Shown here: piece by piece, positions 27,622-37,200 of the stretch | Position numbering within the stretch: the stretch's first letter is position 1 | Layout of the letters: each line of letters begins with the position of its first letter | Assembly: GCA_048939625.1 (NCBI GenBank) | Contig: JBHLPH010000002.1 | Location: forward strand, 64,001 to 128,000 | From: Promethearchaeota archaeon | GTDB lineage: Archaea; Asgardarchaeota; Hermodarchaeia; Hermodarchaeales; Hermodarchaeaceae | Direction of reading: 5' to 3' | Length of the DNA stretch: 64,000 bases | The notes under the pieces: generated by a model | Seen by the model: the letters and a program-made list of their open reading frames with translations, nothing else | What the model was told of the DNA's origin: nothing | The model's database searches: none | Program-made: the position numbers and the translations under genes

Positions 27622-28775
27622 CGTTCACAAATATGCACAACTGCCGTCGCTCCCGATCCACCAACATTATGAGCTAATGCCAAGTTAGGTGAATCAATTT
27701 GACGTTTACCAGCTTCGTTTCGAAGCTGATGGTATAATTCGATGATTTGAGCGACACCAGTAGCTCCGACCGGATGGCCTTTAGCTTTGAGACCACCACT
27801 AGGATTAATCGCAAATTCGCCATCGAGCGTAGTGTATTCTTCTTCGACGGCTTGTCCGCCCATGCCGGGGTTGAAGAAGCCGAGGTCTTCGGTGGCGATG
27901 ATTTCAGCGATGGTGAAGCAGTCGTGGACTTCAGCAAAGTCAATGTCTTTTGGTCCGATTTTAGCTTGCTTATAGGCATGGTAGGCTGCTGTTTTAGCGG
28001 AGTATAGTGTGGTGAGGTCGGTGCGGTCAGACATGTCCATATTGTCATTGGCTTGTGCGGAAGCGATAATTTTCACAGGGGCATCTGTAAATTTCTTAGC
28101 GTGTTTGTTACGGGTGAGAATTACGGCAGCAGCTCCGTCAGTGATTGGGGAGCAATCATAGAGACCTAGAGGCCAAGCGACCATGCGGGCAGATAAGACT
28201 TGGTCTAGGGTGATAGCTTTTTGATATTGGGCTAAAGGATTATGGACGGCGTTGGCATGGTTTTTGACAGCGACAGCTGCAAGTTGTTCTTTGGTGGTAC
28301 CGTATTTTGCCATATGAGCAGTTGCGAAGAGAGCGAAGATTCCGGGGAAAGTGATGCCGGGTTCAGCTTCGAATGGCTGGTCCGCGGCCATGGCTAAAGT
28401 CTCAATGACACCGGGCGTTCTGAGATCGGTCATCTTCTCTACACCGGCAGCCATCACAACGTCGTGTTGTCCGGATTCGATGGCAAGAATAGCAGCGCGT
28501 AATGCTGTAGCAGACGAAGCACATGCCGCTTCACATTTGGTTGCGGGAATGCCTTTCATTCCAGCAGCATCCACCATCATCGGTGCAATGTGGGTTTGTC
28601 GATTGAATTGGTCGGCGGAAAGGTTACCGATAAATGCGGCTTCAACATCTTTGGGAGTGATACCCGCATCTTCGATGGCTTCATGGGCTGCAAGTGCAAA
28701 GAGCTCGCGCAAATTGTAATCGTCATGGCGTCCGAATTTAGTCTGTCCGGCGCCTACAATGCTTACATTGATCAC
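27615..28775 (-). CDS. Archaeal/SCP2-type thiolase
   Basis: EAACAS, GVEKM, KNH.NA..NP.A, CSPITDGAAA, EVHDCF, GHPVGATG and HNVGG. GTG 28775 follows an AGAGGTG SD. Confidence 0.95.
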   Translation of the reverse strand: MINVSIVGAGQTKFGRHDDYNLRELFALAAHEAIEDAGITPKDVEAAFIGNLSADQFNRQTHIAPMMVDAAGMKGIPATKCEAACASSATALRAAILAIESGQHDVVMAAGVEKMTDLRTPGVIETLAMAADQPFEAEPGITFPGIFALFATAHMAKYGTTKEQLAAVAVKNHANAVHNPLAQYQKAITLDQVLSARMVAWPLGLYDCSPITDGAAAVILTRNKHAKKFTDAPVKIIASAQANDNMDMSDRTDLTTLYSAKTAAYHAYKQAKIGPKDIDFAEVHDCFTIAEIIATEDLGFFNPGMGGQAVEEEYTTLDGEFAINPSGGLKAKGHPVGATGVAQIIELYHQLRNEAGKRQIDSPNLALAHNVGGSGATAVVHICERW

Positions 28776-28890
28776 AATAGTACACCTCTGTTTAATGAGG
28801 AACGCTGAATGAGGCAACGGTAACCTCAAGGAATTATAAACTGTACCGTTGTCCAAGCTTGGTTGAAAAAGAGGTGGGGTATTTTGATTA

Positions 28891-30288
28891 TTATCGATTA
28901 TGCCCTTTATGCAAATGTTGCCCGTATTCCACTAAGGCCCAAACAGCCTTTGCTGCCCTGGCAGGTGTGGGTAAAGCAGGAATTCCAGCTTCTTCAAGGA
29001 GTTGGGCACCTTTCATTGTGAAACGTCCTCCAGCTGTAAGGGCGACGAGAGGTTTCTGATATTTCCGGACTACGGCAACTAATCGGTCAATGATATCTAG
29101 ATTTAGTAAGGGGACCTGCATCATCACGATAGCAATTGCAGCATCATAATGGGGAGTGCCAAGTAGTGTATCGAAAGCTGTTTGGTATCGCTCGGCATTA
29201 GTGTCGCCGGTTAGATCAATGGGATTGTGGACACTACAATATCCAGGGAAGGCATCTCGTAGAACGCGTTTGAGTTTTTCTGGTGGCTCGGGAACAGTTA
29301 AGCCTAAGGCTTCGCAGGCGTCGACTGTCATTACTCCTGCGCCACCAGCATCGGTTACAATAAGGATACGGTTCCCTTCAGCGGGAGGTTGAGAGGCGAG
29401 AGTTTTTGCCATTTCGAAACCATCTTCAAAGTCACGCGCAGACAGAATACCGGCTTGACGGAAGGCAAAATCATAAAGTCGCGCGTCACCAGCAAGAGCC
29501 CCGGTGTGACTGGCAGCAGCGGCAGACCCACGTTTTGATCGACCCGATTTGACAACGATGATGGGTTTTTGTTTGGTGACTCTTTGAGCCGTTTCGATAT
29601 ATGTTCCACCGGTACTTGGTGAGAGCCCTTCCAGATATTCGACGATTACACGCGTTTCGGGGTCGTCGCCGAGATAAGTGATTAGATCAATTTCGTTGAC
29701 ATCGGCTTTATTACCGAAACTGACGACACGACTGACTCCGAGACCTGATTGGGCATTCATATCTAAAACGGCAGCTGCAAAAGCACCACTTTGGCTGATG
29801 AAACTGATGTAACCTTTTTCAGGCCGTCCCATTCGGGAAGCTGGGAGGAATGTGGTGTCGACGCCAGTATTTGTATCGTAGATTCCGACACAGTTCGGTC
29901 CAATTACACGGATCCCACTTCGTTTAGCGATCTCTACAACTTGTTGTTCAAGATAGGCGCCTTCAGGACCAGTTTCTTTGAATCCCCCACTAACTATGAT
30001 GACCGCTTTCACGCCTTTTTTTTCACAATCTTTCATGATATTAGGAACAAGTCCTGCAGGAACAGCAATGACGGCGAGATCGACTAGTCCAGGTAAATCG
30101 GAAACTCGTTCATAACTTGGAATCCCGAGGACGTCAGTGGCACGGGGATTGATGGGATATACTGAACCTTTGAAGGCGGGTTTGAGGAAGTTTCGAAAGA
30201 TAACTCCGCCTACGCTTGCTTTGCGTGCTGATGCTCCGACAACGGCGACCGTTTGAGGATTGAAGAACGATTCCAAGTCAGACTTCAT
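28891..30288 (-). CDS. acdA: Acetate/acyl-CoA ligase (ADP-forming) alpha subunit
   Basis: AVVGAS, GGFKETG, GPNCVG, SQSGA, GNKAD, catalytic SHTGALAG and NPIDLTGD. Confidence 0.94.
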   Translation of the reverse strand: MKSDLESFFNPQTVAVVGASARKASVGGVIFRNFLKPAFKGSVYPINPRATDVLGIPSYERVSDLPGLVDLAVIAVPAGLVPNIMKDCEKKGVKAVIIVSGGFKETGPEGAYLEQQVVEIAKRSGIRVIGPNCVGIYDTNTGVDTTFLPASRMGRPEKGYISFISQSGAFAAAVLDMNAQSGLGVSRVVSFGNKADVNEIDLITYLGDDPETRVIVEYLEGLSPSTGGTYIETAQRVTKQKPIIVVKSGRSKRGSAAAASHTGALAGDARLYDFAFRQAGILSARDFEDGFEMAKTLASQPPAEGNRILIVTDAGGAGVMTVDACEALGLTVPEPPEKLKRVLRDAFPGYCSVHNPIDLTGDTNAERYQTAFDTLLGTPHYDAAIAIVMMQVPLLNLDIIDRLVAVVRKYQKPLVALTAGGRFTMKGAQLLEEAGIPALPTPARAAKAVWALVEYGQHLHKGHNR

Positions 30289-30332
30289 GACAGGCCTCCA
30301 GATGATCTCGATGTTTTTGTTTTATTTCTGGT

Positions 30333-30596
30333 TTAGAGAGGCGCTCCATGGACATCCATTTCGAAATCCGCTACGAGGTTGGTTATAGTATCGAGGACGC
30401 CTTTGATGGCGCGGATTTTCCCAATTGTTTCCATGATATCGCGCATGCCTTTTCGTTCGATTTCAACAATCACATCATAAAGGCCGAATAGCTTGTGCGC
30501 TTCTGAGATAGCCGGGAATTTACTAATTTCGCGTAGGATTGTGTCTTCTTGTTGAGGGGCGACTTTGATGAGGACATATGCTTTGTAAATTGTTAT
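30333..30596 (-). CDS. Lrp/AsnC ligand-binding domain protein missed by the ORF track (non-canonical ATT/ATA start)
   Basis: Manual translation: ITIYKAYVLIKVAPQQEDTILREISKFPAISEAHKLFGLYDVIVEIERKGMRDIMETIGKIRAIKGVLDTITNLVADFEMDVHGAPL*. GGAG lies 9 nt before ATT 30590. Confidence 0.85.
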   Translation of the reverse strand: MTIYKAYVLIKVAPQQEDTILREISKFPAISEAHKLFGLYDVIVEIERKGMRDIMETIGKIRAIKGVLDTITNLVADFEMDVHGAPL

Positions 30597-30602
30597 CGAC
30601 TC

Positions 30603-31985
30603 CTAAGTATTGGATTTAAGCAGAGTGTGAAGGTGATACGCATTTTCTAACGTGGTTACTGCTCGGTGGGAATTGGAGAATACAGGAATGTTCAGCCGCT
30701 CAAGGCTGTCGATAAGGAGATTGTCTCGTTCAGTAGCAGGTATGATTCCGATAATTGTTTTTGGTGATTTCAACGTTTTCAAACGTTGACGCAACATGAC
30801 ATAGAGGTAATCAGGATCGATATTAGGTGAATCAGGTAGGAGACTGATTAGGATACTATGGGCAGTAGGATCAGCAAGTACAATGCGAAGAGCAATGTCT
30901 AGTCGTTCTTCATCAGCATTCGTGTATAACCCGATGGGATTTGCACTGCGGCAGTAAGGAGGAAGATTTTCTTTGAGAGTAGCAATCGTGTCTGGAAGCA
31001 ACTTGGCTAGCTCCATTGGCGAATCATGGAGGGCGCTTGCAGCATATACACAGTACGCTCCGAAGTTTGAGATTGCTACAACACCTTTGCCTTCAGGGAG
31101 GGGTTGGTTCTGACAGAGAAGGGCTAAATCGACGGCACGCCCCCAAGAGGAAGTGACCATAAGGTTGTGTTCTTTCGCTAGTGCAGCGGTAAGGGGTTGG
31201 ATAGCTTTTCCCGTTCGTCGGTGTAATCCAAGTTGGTTGGTAATATTTTGCGGCCATAAGGATATGATGATTGGTTTCTTGACACGGTGGGCTTTTCGTA
31301 CAGCGGTTCGGAATTTGGTAAGATTTGTAATCTGACCTACTCCGAGGAGAATCACGCGGGTTCCAGTATCTTGTGTAAGAAATGCAAGGAAGTCTGTTTC
31401 AGTAGTTCCAAGTGTTTCGCCAAGATCCATGAAAAGGGAAACGCCGCATCGGTATTTGGTGACTTGTTCGAGTAAGCCATATGCTACATCCCGATTATCT
31501 GTGATTACTCCTGTTGCCCCATTTCGGGGGCGAGGGAGGACTTCGGTAGGAAGTGGTATCATGTCGATATTTGTTGAGGAACTGTAGAATCCGGCACTGC
31601 GGGGACCAATCACTGGTATAGATAGTTTTGCGATGGTCTTTCGCGCTGCGTCGAATTCAGTGGATTGAAGCTCAAAGAGTAAGAGGATTCCTACAGGTTG
31701 GCGTTTCCCAATGATTCGAAGCGTCTCTGTAAAATCTCTTGTAGGTGAAGCGATGATCCAAAGATGGCTTCCTTCCGGAACTTCATTGATGGTTGCAAAG
31801 GTTGGATATCCAAGAACTCGTGCTTCAGTTGGGTTTACATAGTGGACTGGACCTTCAAAATCTCGGATAAGAGAGCGGGCCACTTGGAACCCAAAGGAGA
31901 GTGGATTATCACTAGCACCAATTAGAACAATAGATGAGGGAGCCAAAAGTGATTGGATTTGTTCGTGGGCGCTCTTTGAGACCAT
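30603..31985 (-). CDS. Divergent ACD-alpha-like CoA-binding protein, probably non-catalytic
   Basis: Colinear with AcdA (LIGAS, VNP, IGP, LPPYC..ANPI), but SQSG and SHTG are replaced by TDNR and LHRRTG. Confidence 0.8.
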   Translation of the reverse strand: MVSKSAHEQIQSLLAPSSIVLIGASDNPLSFGFQVARSLIRDFEGPVHYVNPTEARVLGYPTFATINEVPEGSHLWIIASPTRDFTETLRIIGKRQPVGILLLFELQSTEFDAARKTIAKLSIPVIGPRSAGFYSSSTNIDMIPLPTEVLPRPRNGATGVITDNRDVAYGLLEQVTKYRCGVSLFMDLGETLGTTETDFLAFLTQDTGTRVILLGVGQITNLTKFRTAVRKAHRVKKPIIISLWPQNITNQLGLHRRTGKAIQPLTAALAKEHNLMVTSSWGRAVDLALLCQNQPLPEGKGVVAISNFGAYCVYAASALHDSPMELAKLLPDTIATLKENLPPYCRSANPIGLYTNADEERLDIALRIVLADPTAHSILISLLPDSPNIDPDYLYVMLRQRLKTLKSPKTIIGIIPATERDNLLIDSLERLNIPVFSNSHRAVTTLENAYHLHTLLKSNT

Positions 31986-32164
31986 CTATGACACCGAGTA
32001 GTGTGTAACACGTTAGGGTAGTAGCTCGCCTTTGGCTGGTTTTACTTAAGAACCATTCGCAATTAGAAGAGGAATAACTGCAGGGATTTTCTTGTGTTTC
32101 AAAAAAGATAAAGGATGAGGAAAGGGAAGCTGAGTTAGGAGATAGCAGTAGGAGCCAATCGACC

Positions 32165-32739
32165 TTGACTAAAGAATTGGAAGCTGCCGGATTAATCGTA
32201 AACTATAATCGCCGTGAATATTTGCGTTCTCCATTGACTCCAGATCGAGTTTGGATTTGGGATGAAACGCTCCGTGATGGCGAGCAAACCGCAGGAACTC
32301 TCTTGACCATCAATGAAAAGGTTGAGATCGCGAAACTAATGGATGAAGTTGGTGTAGCAATTATCGCTGCGGATTTCCGGTGGTCTCTGAAGAAGAGAAA
32401 CGGACCATTAAGCTTCTGTCAGAAGAAGGGTTTAAACAAGCAAGACTAGCAGCTCCTGCTCGTGCGGTTATGGGCGACATTCAGGCGTGTTTAGATTCGG
32501 GTGCGGATATTATTCCGATTTTTATTGCTCCTAGTCGTCTCCGATTAGAATATCAGTTGAGAATGACTCTCGATGAGGCGATTGCCCAGGCTGTCAAACA
32601 GCATCATGCTAAACAGGATAAGAAAGATATTCTCAAGCGCTTTGATGAGTGCAAAAGTGAGTTTAGCCACTTGAAAGCAGATCTCAGTGAAGAAGAGCTT
32701 CTCGCCATCGCAAGACCCATTCTCCAAGGCAAGAAATAA
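32165..32739 (+). pseudogene. LeuA/homocitrate/citramalate synthase (DRE-TIM) pseudogene: frameshift plus a large internal deletion
   Basis: [10 protein letters not shown] and EK.EIAK.MDE.GV. A 1-nt loss near 32370 breaks the expected AGFP.VSEEE. After EAIAQA the sequence jumps to a C-terminal-like helix; about 190 codons in total. Confidence 0.8.
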
Positions 32740-32756
32740 ACAGTTGTCCTTGAACG

Positions 32757-33302
32757 CTATTTGACCTTGAAAATGCAGGCTGGCGTTTTAGGCAATTTTT
32801 CGAGCTCTTTCTCAAGGTCTGTGATTTCTACTTTGGCCTTAGAATCAGTAGACCCATTGGCTTTCAGTTTCTTGAGCTTGTATTCAAGCTTCGCTCTCGT
32901 AACGTAAGCTAACCGAAGATTCGTTTCGACTTTCGCTTCCTTAGCTCCTAATGCATCCTTTATACCGGTTAAGTAGGGGGCACAAATAAAGTCCTCACAG
33001 CGCAGGGCATATTCCAGTTGGCCAGCGAGAATCCGATCCCAAATCGGACAAGTGGTTACCCTGATAGTGTGATTGTTGACATCCACTGTTCTTCCAAACA
33101 TGGAATGGGCCGCTTCTGCAGTTTTAATGATGTCGAGACCTTCAGTCTTTCCTATTTCGCCGACTTTCTTTCCAGCAGCTTGCCAAGAGTTTTGGAGACT
33201 TTCAATCATGGAGAGAGCACCGACGCGGTCGCGCATACTCCACCAGAGTTCATCCATCCAAGTGACAATGAATTCCTGTAACGTTTTGAACTGATCCATC
33301 AT
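32757..33302 (-). CDS. Hypothetical Cys-containing protein, possibly V4R-like fold with a coiled-coil insert
   Basis: VTTCPIW...CEDFIC and a terminal C.F.V; GAGGAG SD before ATG 33302. Confidence 0.7.
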   Translation of the reverse strand: MMDQFKTLQEFIVTWMDELWWSMRDRVGALSMIESLQNSWQAAGKKVGEIGKTEGLDIIKTAEAAHSMFGRTVDVNNHTIRVTTCPIWDRILAGQLEYALRCEDFICAPYLTGIKDALGAKEAKVETNLRLAYVTRAKLEYKLKKLKANGSTDSKAKVEITDLEKELEKLPKTPACIFKVK

Positions 33303-33316
33303 TTGTTTCTCCTCGT

Positions 33317-34084
33317 TTATTTTGCAGCTTTCTTGTTGGGTTGCCAGTTTTGTCCCCATTTATCAACATAGGTTATTTCTTCGGGAGTTTGACGGGGTGG
33401 GCCACGAGTTCGTGGGAATTTGGGATAACCTATAGCTAGACACATGATTGGCGTCCAATGAGGTTGTGGGATATCGAGTAATTCGGAAATCTCTCGGATA
33501 TCATCATAATGGTCCAGCTGGACACTTGATACACAAGCTCCAAGACCTAAAGCGGAAGCTGCCAACCAACAGTTCTGCAAAAACATACTACCCGCGATAA
33601 TAGAATGGCGTAAGCTACTCCACCCGTAGACACCTCCAGTTCCTCGTAAAGTGGGTTGAGAATTACCCACATGGGTTGATTCAACGACTAACACCAGAAG
33701 AATGGGGGCTCCATCCGTTTCTGGTTCTCCTTTGATGTATTCAAAGCGCCTTCCAGTAATGAGCCAATCAATAGTTCGTTCACGACTTGGTAAAGCTTTG
33801 ACATATCCTAGACGCCGTTCAATCTCCTGACGCGGTGTGATACGGCCAAAGAGTTCGATGGTTCGGATGACGGCTAATTCGCCGATGCGGCGCTGCTTGT
33901 CGGGATCCCGAACAATAATCACACGCCAGGGTTGTTGGTTTTCCGCGCTAGGCGCATAACCACCTGCTTCGATGATTTTGTAGAGGAGTTCATCACTCAC
34001 CGGTTTGTTTGTGTTAAAGTCCCGGATTGCGTGACGTTCCTTAATCAGATTTAACATCAATTCGCTGTCATCAGGCTTCGTCAT
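33317..34084 (-). CDS. Nitroreductase family protein
   Basis: R.AIRDF, APSAEN.QPW, QN.WLAA..LGLG and AIGYP. Confidence 0.92.
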   Translation of the reverse strand: MTKPDDSELMLNLIKERHAIRDFNTNKPVSDELLYKIIEAGGYAPSAENQQPWRVIIVRDPDKQRRIGELAVIRTIELFGRITPRQEIERRLGYVKALPSRERTIDWLITGRRFEYIKGEPETDGAPILLVLVVESTHVGNSQPTLRGTGGVYGWSSLRHSIIAGSMFLQNCWLAASALGLGACVSSVQLDHYDDIREISELLDIPQPHWTPIMCLAIGYPKFPRTRGPPRQTPEEITYVDKWGQNWQPNKKAAK

Positions 34085-34207
34085 GCGTATGCCACCGTAT
34101 AGCAACTTGTCCTAGGCAACATACGCAGGAATCCCACCTAATAGTATTACCGGTTACACCTTGAAAGACAAATCGAAATCGTGTCGAATGGCGCTTAGGG
34201 TTTGTTT

Positions 34208-37200
34208 CTATTGCTTTTCGCCATCGATGACGAAGTCTTTCTTACCTTTAATCCGCTTCCCTTTGGGAGCATCGTCATCTCGTTTTTCTCGGAGGGTTTT
34301 AAGCACTTTTTGACGTTCGTCTTCTGTCAAATCCTTGATCTCTTCCATCAGTTTTTCTCGTTCTTCTTTGGTGAGGGAGGGGAGTTCAGCGGGACCAAGT
34401 GGTTCAGGTGCTTGTACGGTTTGGGGAGCGTGGGACATTGCCAGGGTCTCAAAGATTTCATTCCAGTCTTCCTTAGGCAATTTCCGCAGTTGTGCAGCGA
34501 TTCGGGTTTTCTCAATATCACTGAGAGCAGGGAATAAGGCAAGCCGTGCTCGGAGGAGGGTTTCAAGGTCTTCGTCGAGTTCAGGTTCCTTGATCTTTCG
34601 GTCGAAGCGTGTGCCATCGGCCATTTGTTTCCTCAAGTCTTCAACGAACCAGACGCGCTCAGAGGGCGCGATTAGCTTCATTTGCTGAAAGAGTTCCAGT
34701 TTTTGCTCATATTCGATGAAGGGCAGTGCTTTGAGTTGGGCCCAGATGGCATCCTCTTCGGCTTCGCGTTCACTCCAATCGATTTCAGCAGGAATGACAA
34801 CTGATGCGCCTCCTAACCCAACAGTTCGATAGGCCGTTTCTACAATTTCTTGCATGATATCGGGTCGACTAGAGATACGACCAATTTCGCCTTTGGAGAG
34901 TGACGGTGTTTGCCCTTTACTGATTGTACGAGCCATTTTCCGCATCTTTCGCACCACCCAAGGAATCGAGTAAACTCGTACATAAGCCAACCAAGTCACC
35001 AAGATTATAATGCCCAAAACAGCAATGATTGCCCCGATATTGATGACGTTTTGTACGACTGGATTAGTCTCTGCAAAAAAGGTGATAGGTTCATCATTGA
35101 TAGTAAATCGATCATCGACTTCAACATGGACTACGAACTCATGTCTTCCTGGTTGAGGGATACTAAAGAAGATTGAGTAGTTTCCATTATTGTGATTCTC
35201 AAATGGTAAGTTGAAAATACGTAGTGATTCACATGAGAGGGATACATTTGCATGTGTAACCGGTAATTGGTGAAAGCTATCCGAAATATACAGGACTAAC
35301 CGGAAGAGTGCCCCTGCCGTAACGCTCGTTACTCCTTCTAAAATTGTAATTTCTGTTTGGAATTTGGTGACAATTAATTCGAATGTGGAGGAACGTCTGG
35401 TCTCATAATTTTGTTTACTCATGGTAATCGTGAGTTGATAAGAAGCGGGAGTAACACCCGTCAGGTCAATCGAAGCAACATAGAAGCCGTCAATATACTC
35501 GAGTGGGCCTGTGCCGAAGCCCCAGTTATATACTCCGGTTGCGTTGGGGATACTCAATCCGTTTTTGTCAGTGTAGTTAAAATATAACACCAGAGTATCA
35601 CCCCATGGGATTTCCCAGGGTGTTGTGTTTAGGGTGCGAGTGGTGGTTTGGTAGTGGGCTTCAGCCTGCATTAAAACAAGATCGGTGCTTTGACGGCGAA
35701 TATTCACTGTTACGATGGCAATACGGTATTCGTAGCTGGGGTGATCAGCGGTTAATGTGAGGGCATAGAAAGAGTCAGCAGGATAAAAAGTGCTTGAAAG
35801 CGTAATAGTATACCAGCCTAATGAACCATTAGGTAGAAGGGAGCCAGTTTGCTCAGCCCAATTAAAGGTAATATTAGCACTGGATATTGGTGAACCAGAG
35901 ATATTATAGAAGTATGCATTCACGGTAAAGTCATCGCCCCAATCGACGTTAACTACGGGGGCTTCGGGATCAAGACTACATGGAATTAGAGATAGATGCA
36001 CGGTGACTTGAATCCATTGAGTTTGCATGGTGGCTTTGCTTGCGCTGATGTAAAGCGTGTATGAGCCTACACCCATACCAGTTGAGCTAATGGTGGCGTT
36101 GTAGACGCCTTGAGTTTCGTCAATGAAAACACCATTGTGGGGGCCAAAACTGTATGTGACCGTAGCGCCTTCAATGGGTTGACCATTTGTGGTGGTGAAG
36201 TTGACAAGGAAGGTAAAACTGGTATTAGCGATTGTAGTTACAGGGAACGGCGTTATTTGTTCTAGTTGAGTTGTGGTTTCTTGGATGATTAGTGCGATGG
36301 ATGCTGATCCGATTCGATAGTTCGGGGGATTGGTGGCGATGATGGTGACAATCCAGCTCCCAGGTTCTGCGTCGGCAAGGAATGTAGCAGTCCATATTCC
36401 GTTCCCGAGGAAGGTCATAGTGACGTTGGGTCGACCAGCCCAAGCGTAGACTGCTGTTCCAGTATTTATGGGTCGTCCTAAATGATCAGTGACGTTGACC
36501 GTTAGGATTTGCATATCGTTATACCAAGTGATATTTTGTCCACTTAATGGACTGATAATGTCGATGAGGATAGGGATTGGGTCAAGAGTTAGGAGAATCG
36601 TAATGGTTCTTTCCGCAAAATGAGGACTTAGATGGGAATCACTCAGAGTGATTTGGACCGCGTGTTGACCTATTACTCGATTGGTAGTGTTTAAGACGAG
36701 GAGGTAGGTGCCGTTACCGTAATCATAGAAGGTGTAGAATCCGATATCCCAATCAGTTGTGGTTGTGGCATAGGGAATGTAGGTGCCTCCATGGTCTAAA
36801 TCTTGATAGGTGAGGCGTATGGTGAGATTGTCTCCCCAAGGCCAAGAAGCGACATAGGAGGGAAGGGCGGAGAGGCTAGTTTGGATTTCTCGAATTACAA
36901 AACTTTGGATGTTGAATCCATTGGCGTAATGACTTTTGATTGCATATATTTGGATGGTATAGCTACCTTCGATGCTATTGTCAGTGTAGATGGTTAGATA
37001 ATAGGCATTATCAGTTGCATTATGGTAGACGTCCCAATAAGAAGCGTTCCAGTTACATGAGATGCTCGCACTGGATATTTGGAGTTCATTTTCGGTATCA
37101 TTGTAATGGATGATTATGGTAAGCGGTTCACCCCAGGGAATTGAAGTGGTGGTCTGTCCCATTACCTTAGCGTCGACGATGAAGAGAGTCGTTTGGATAT

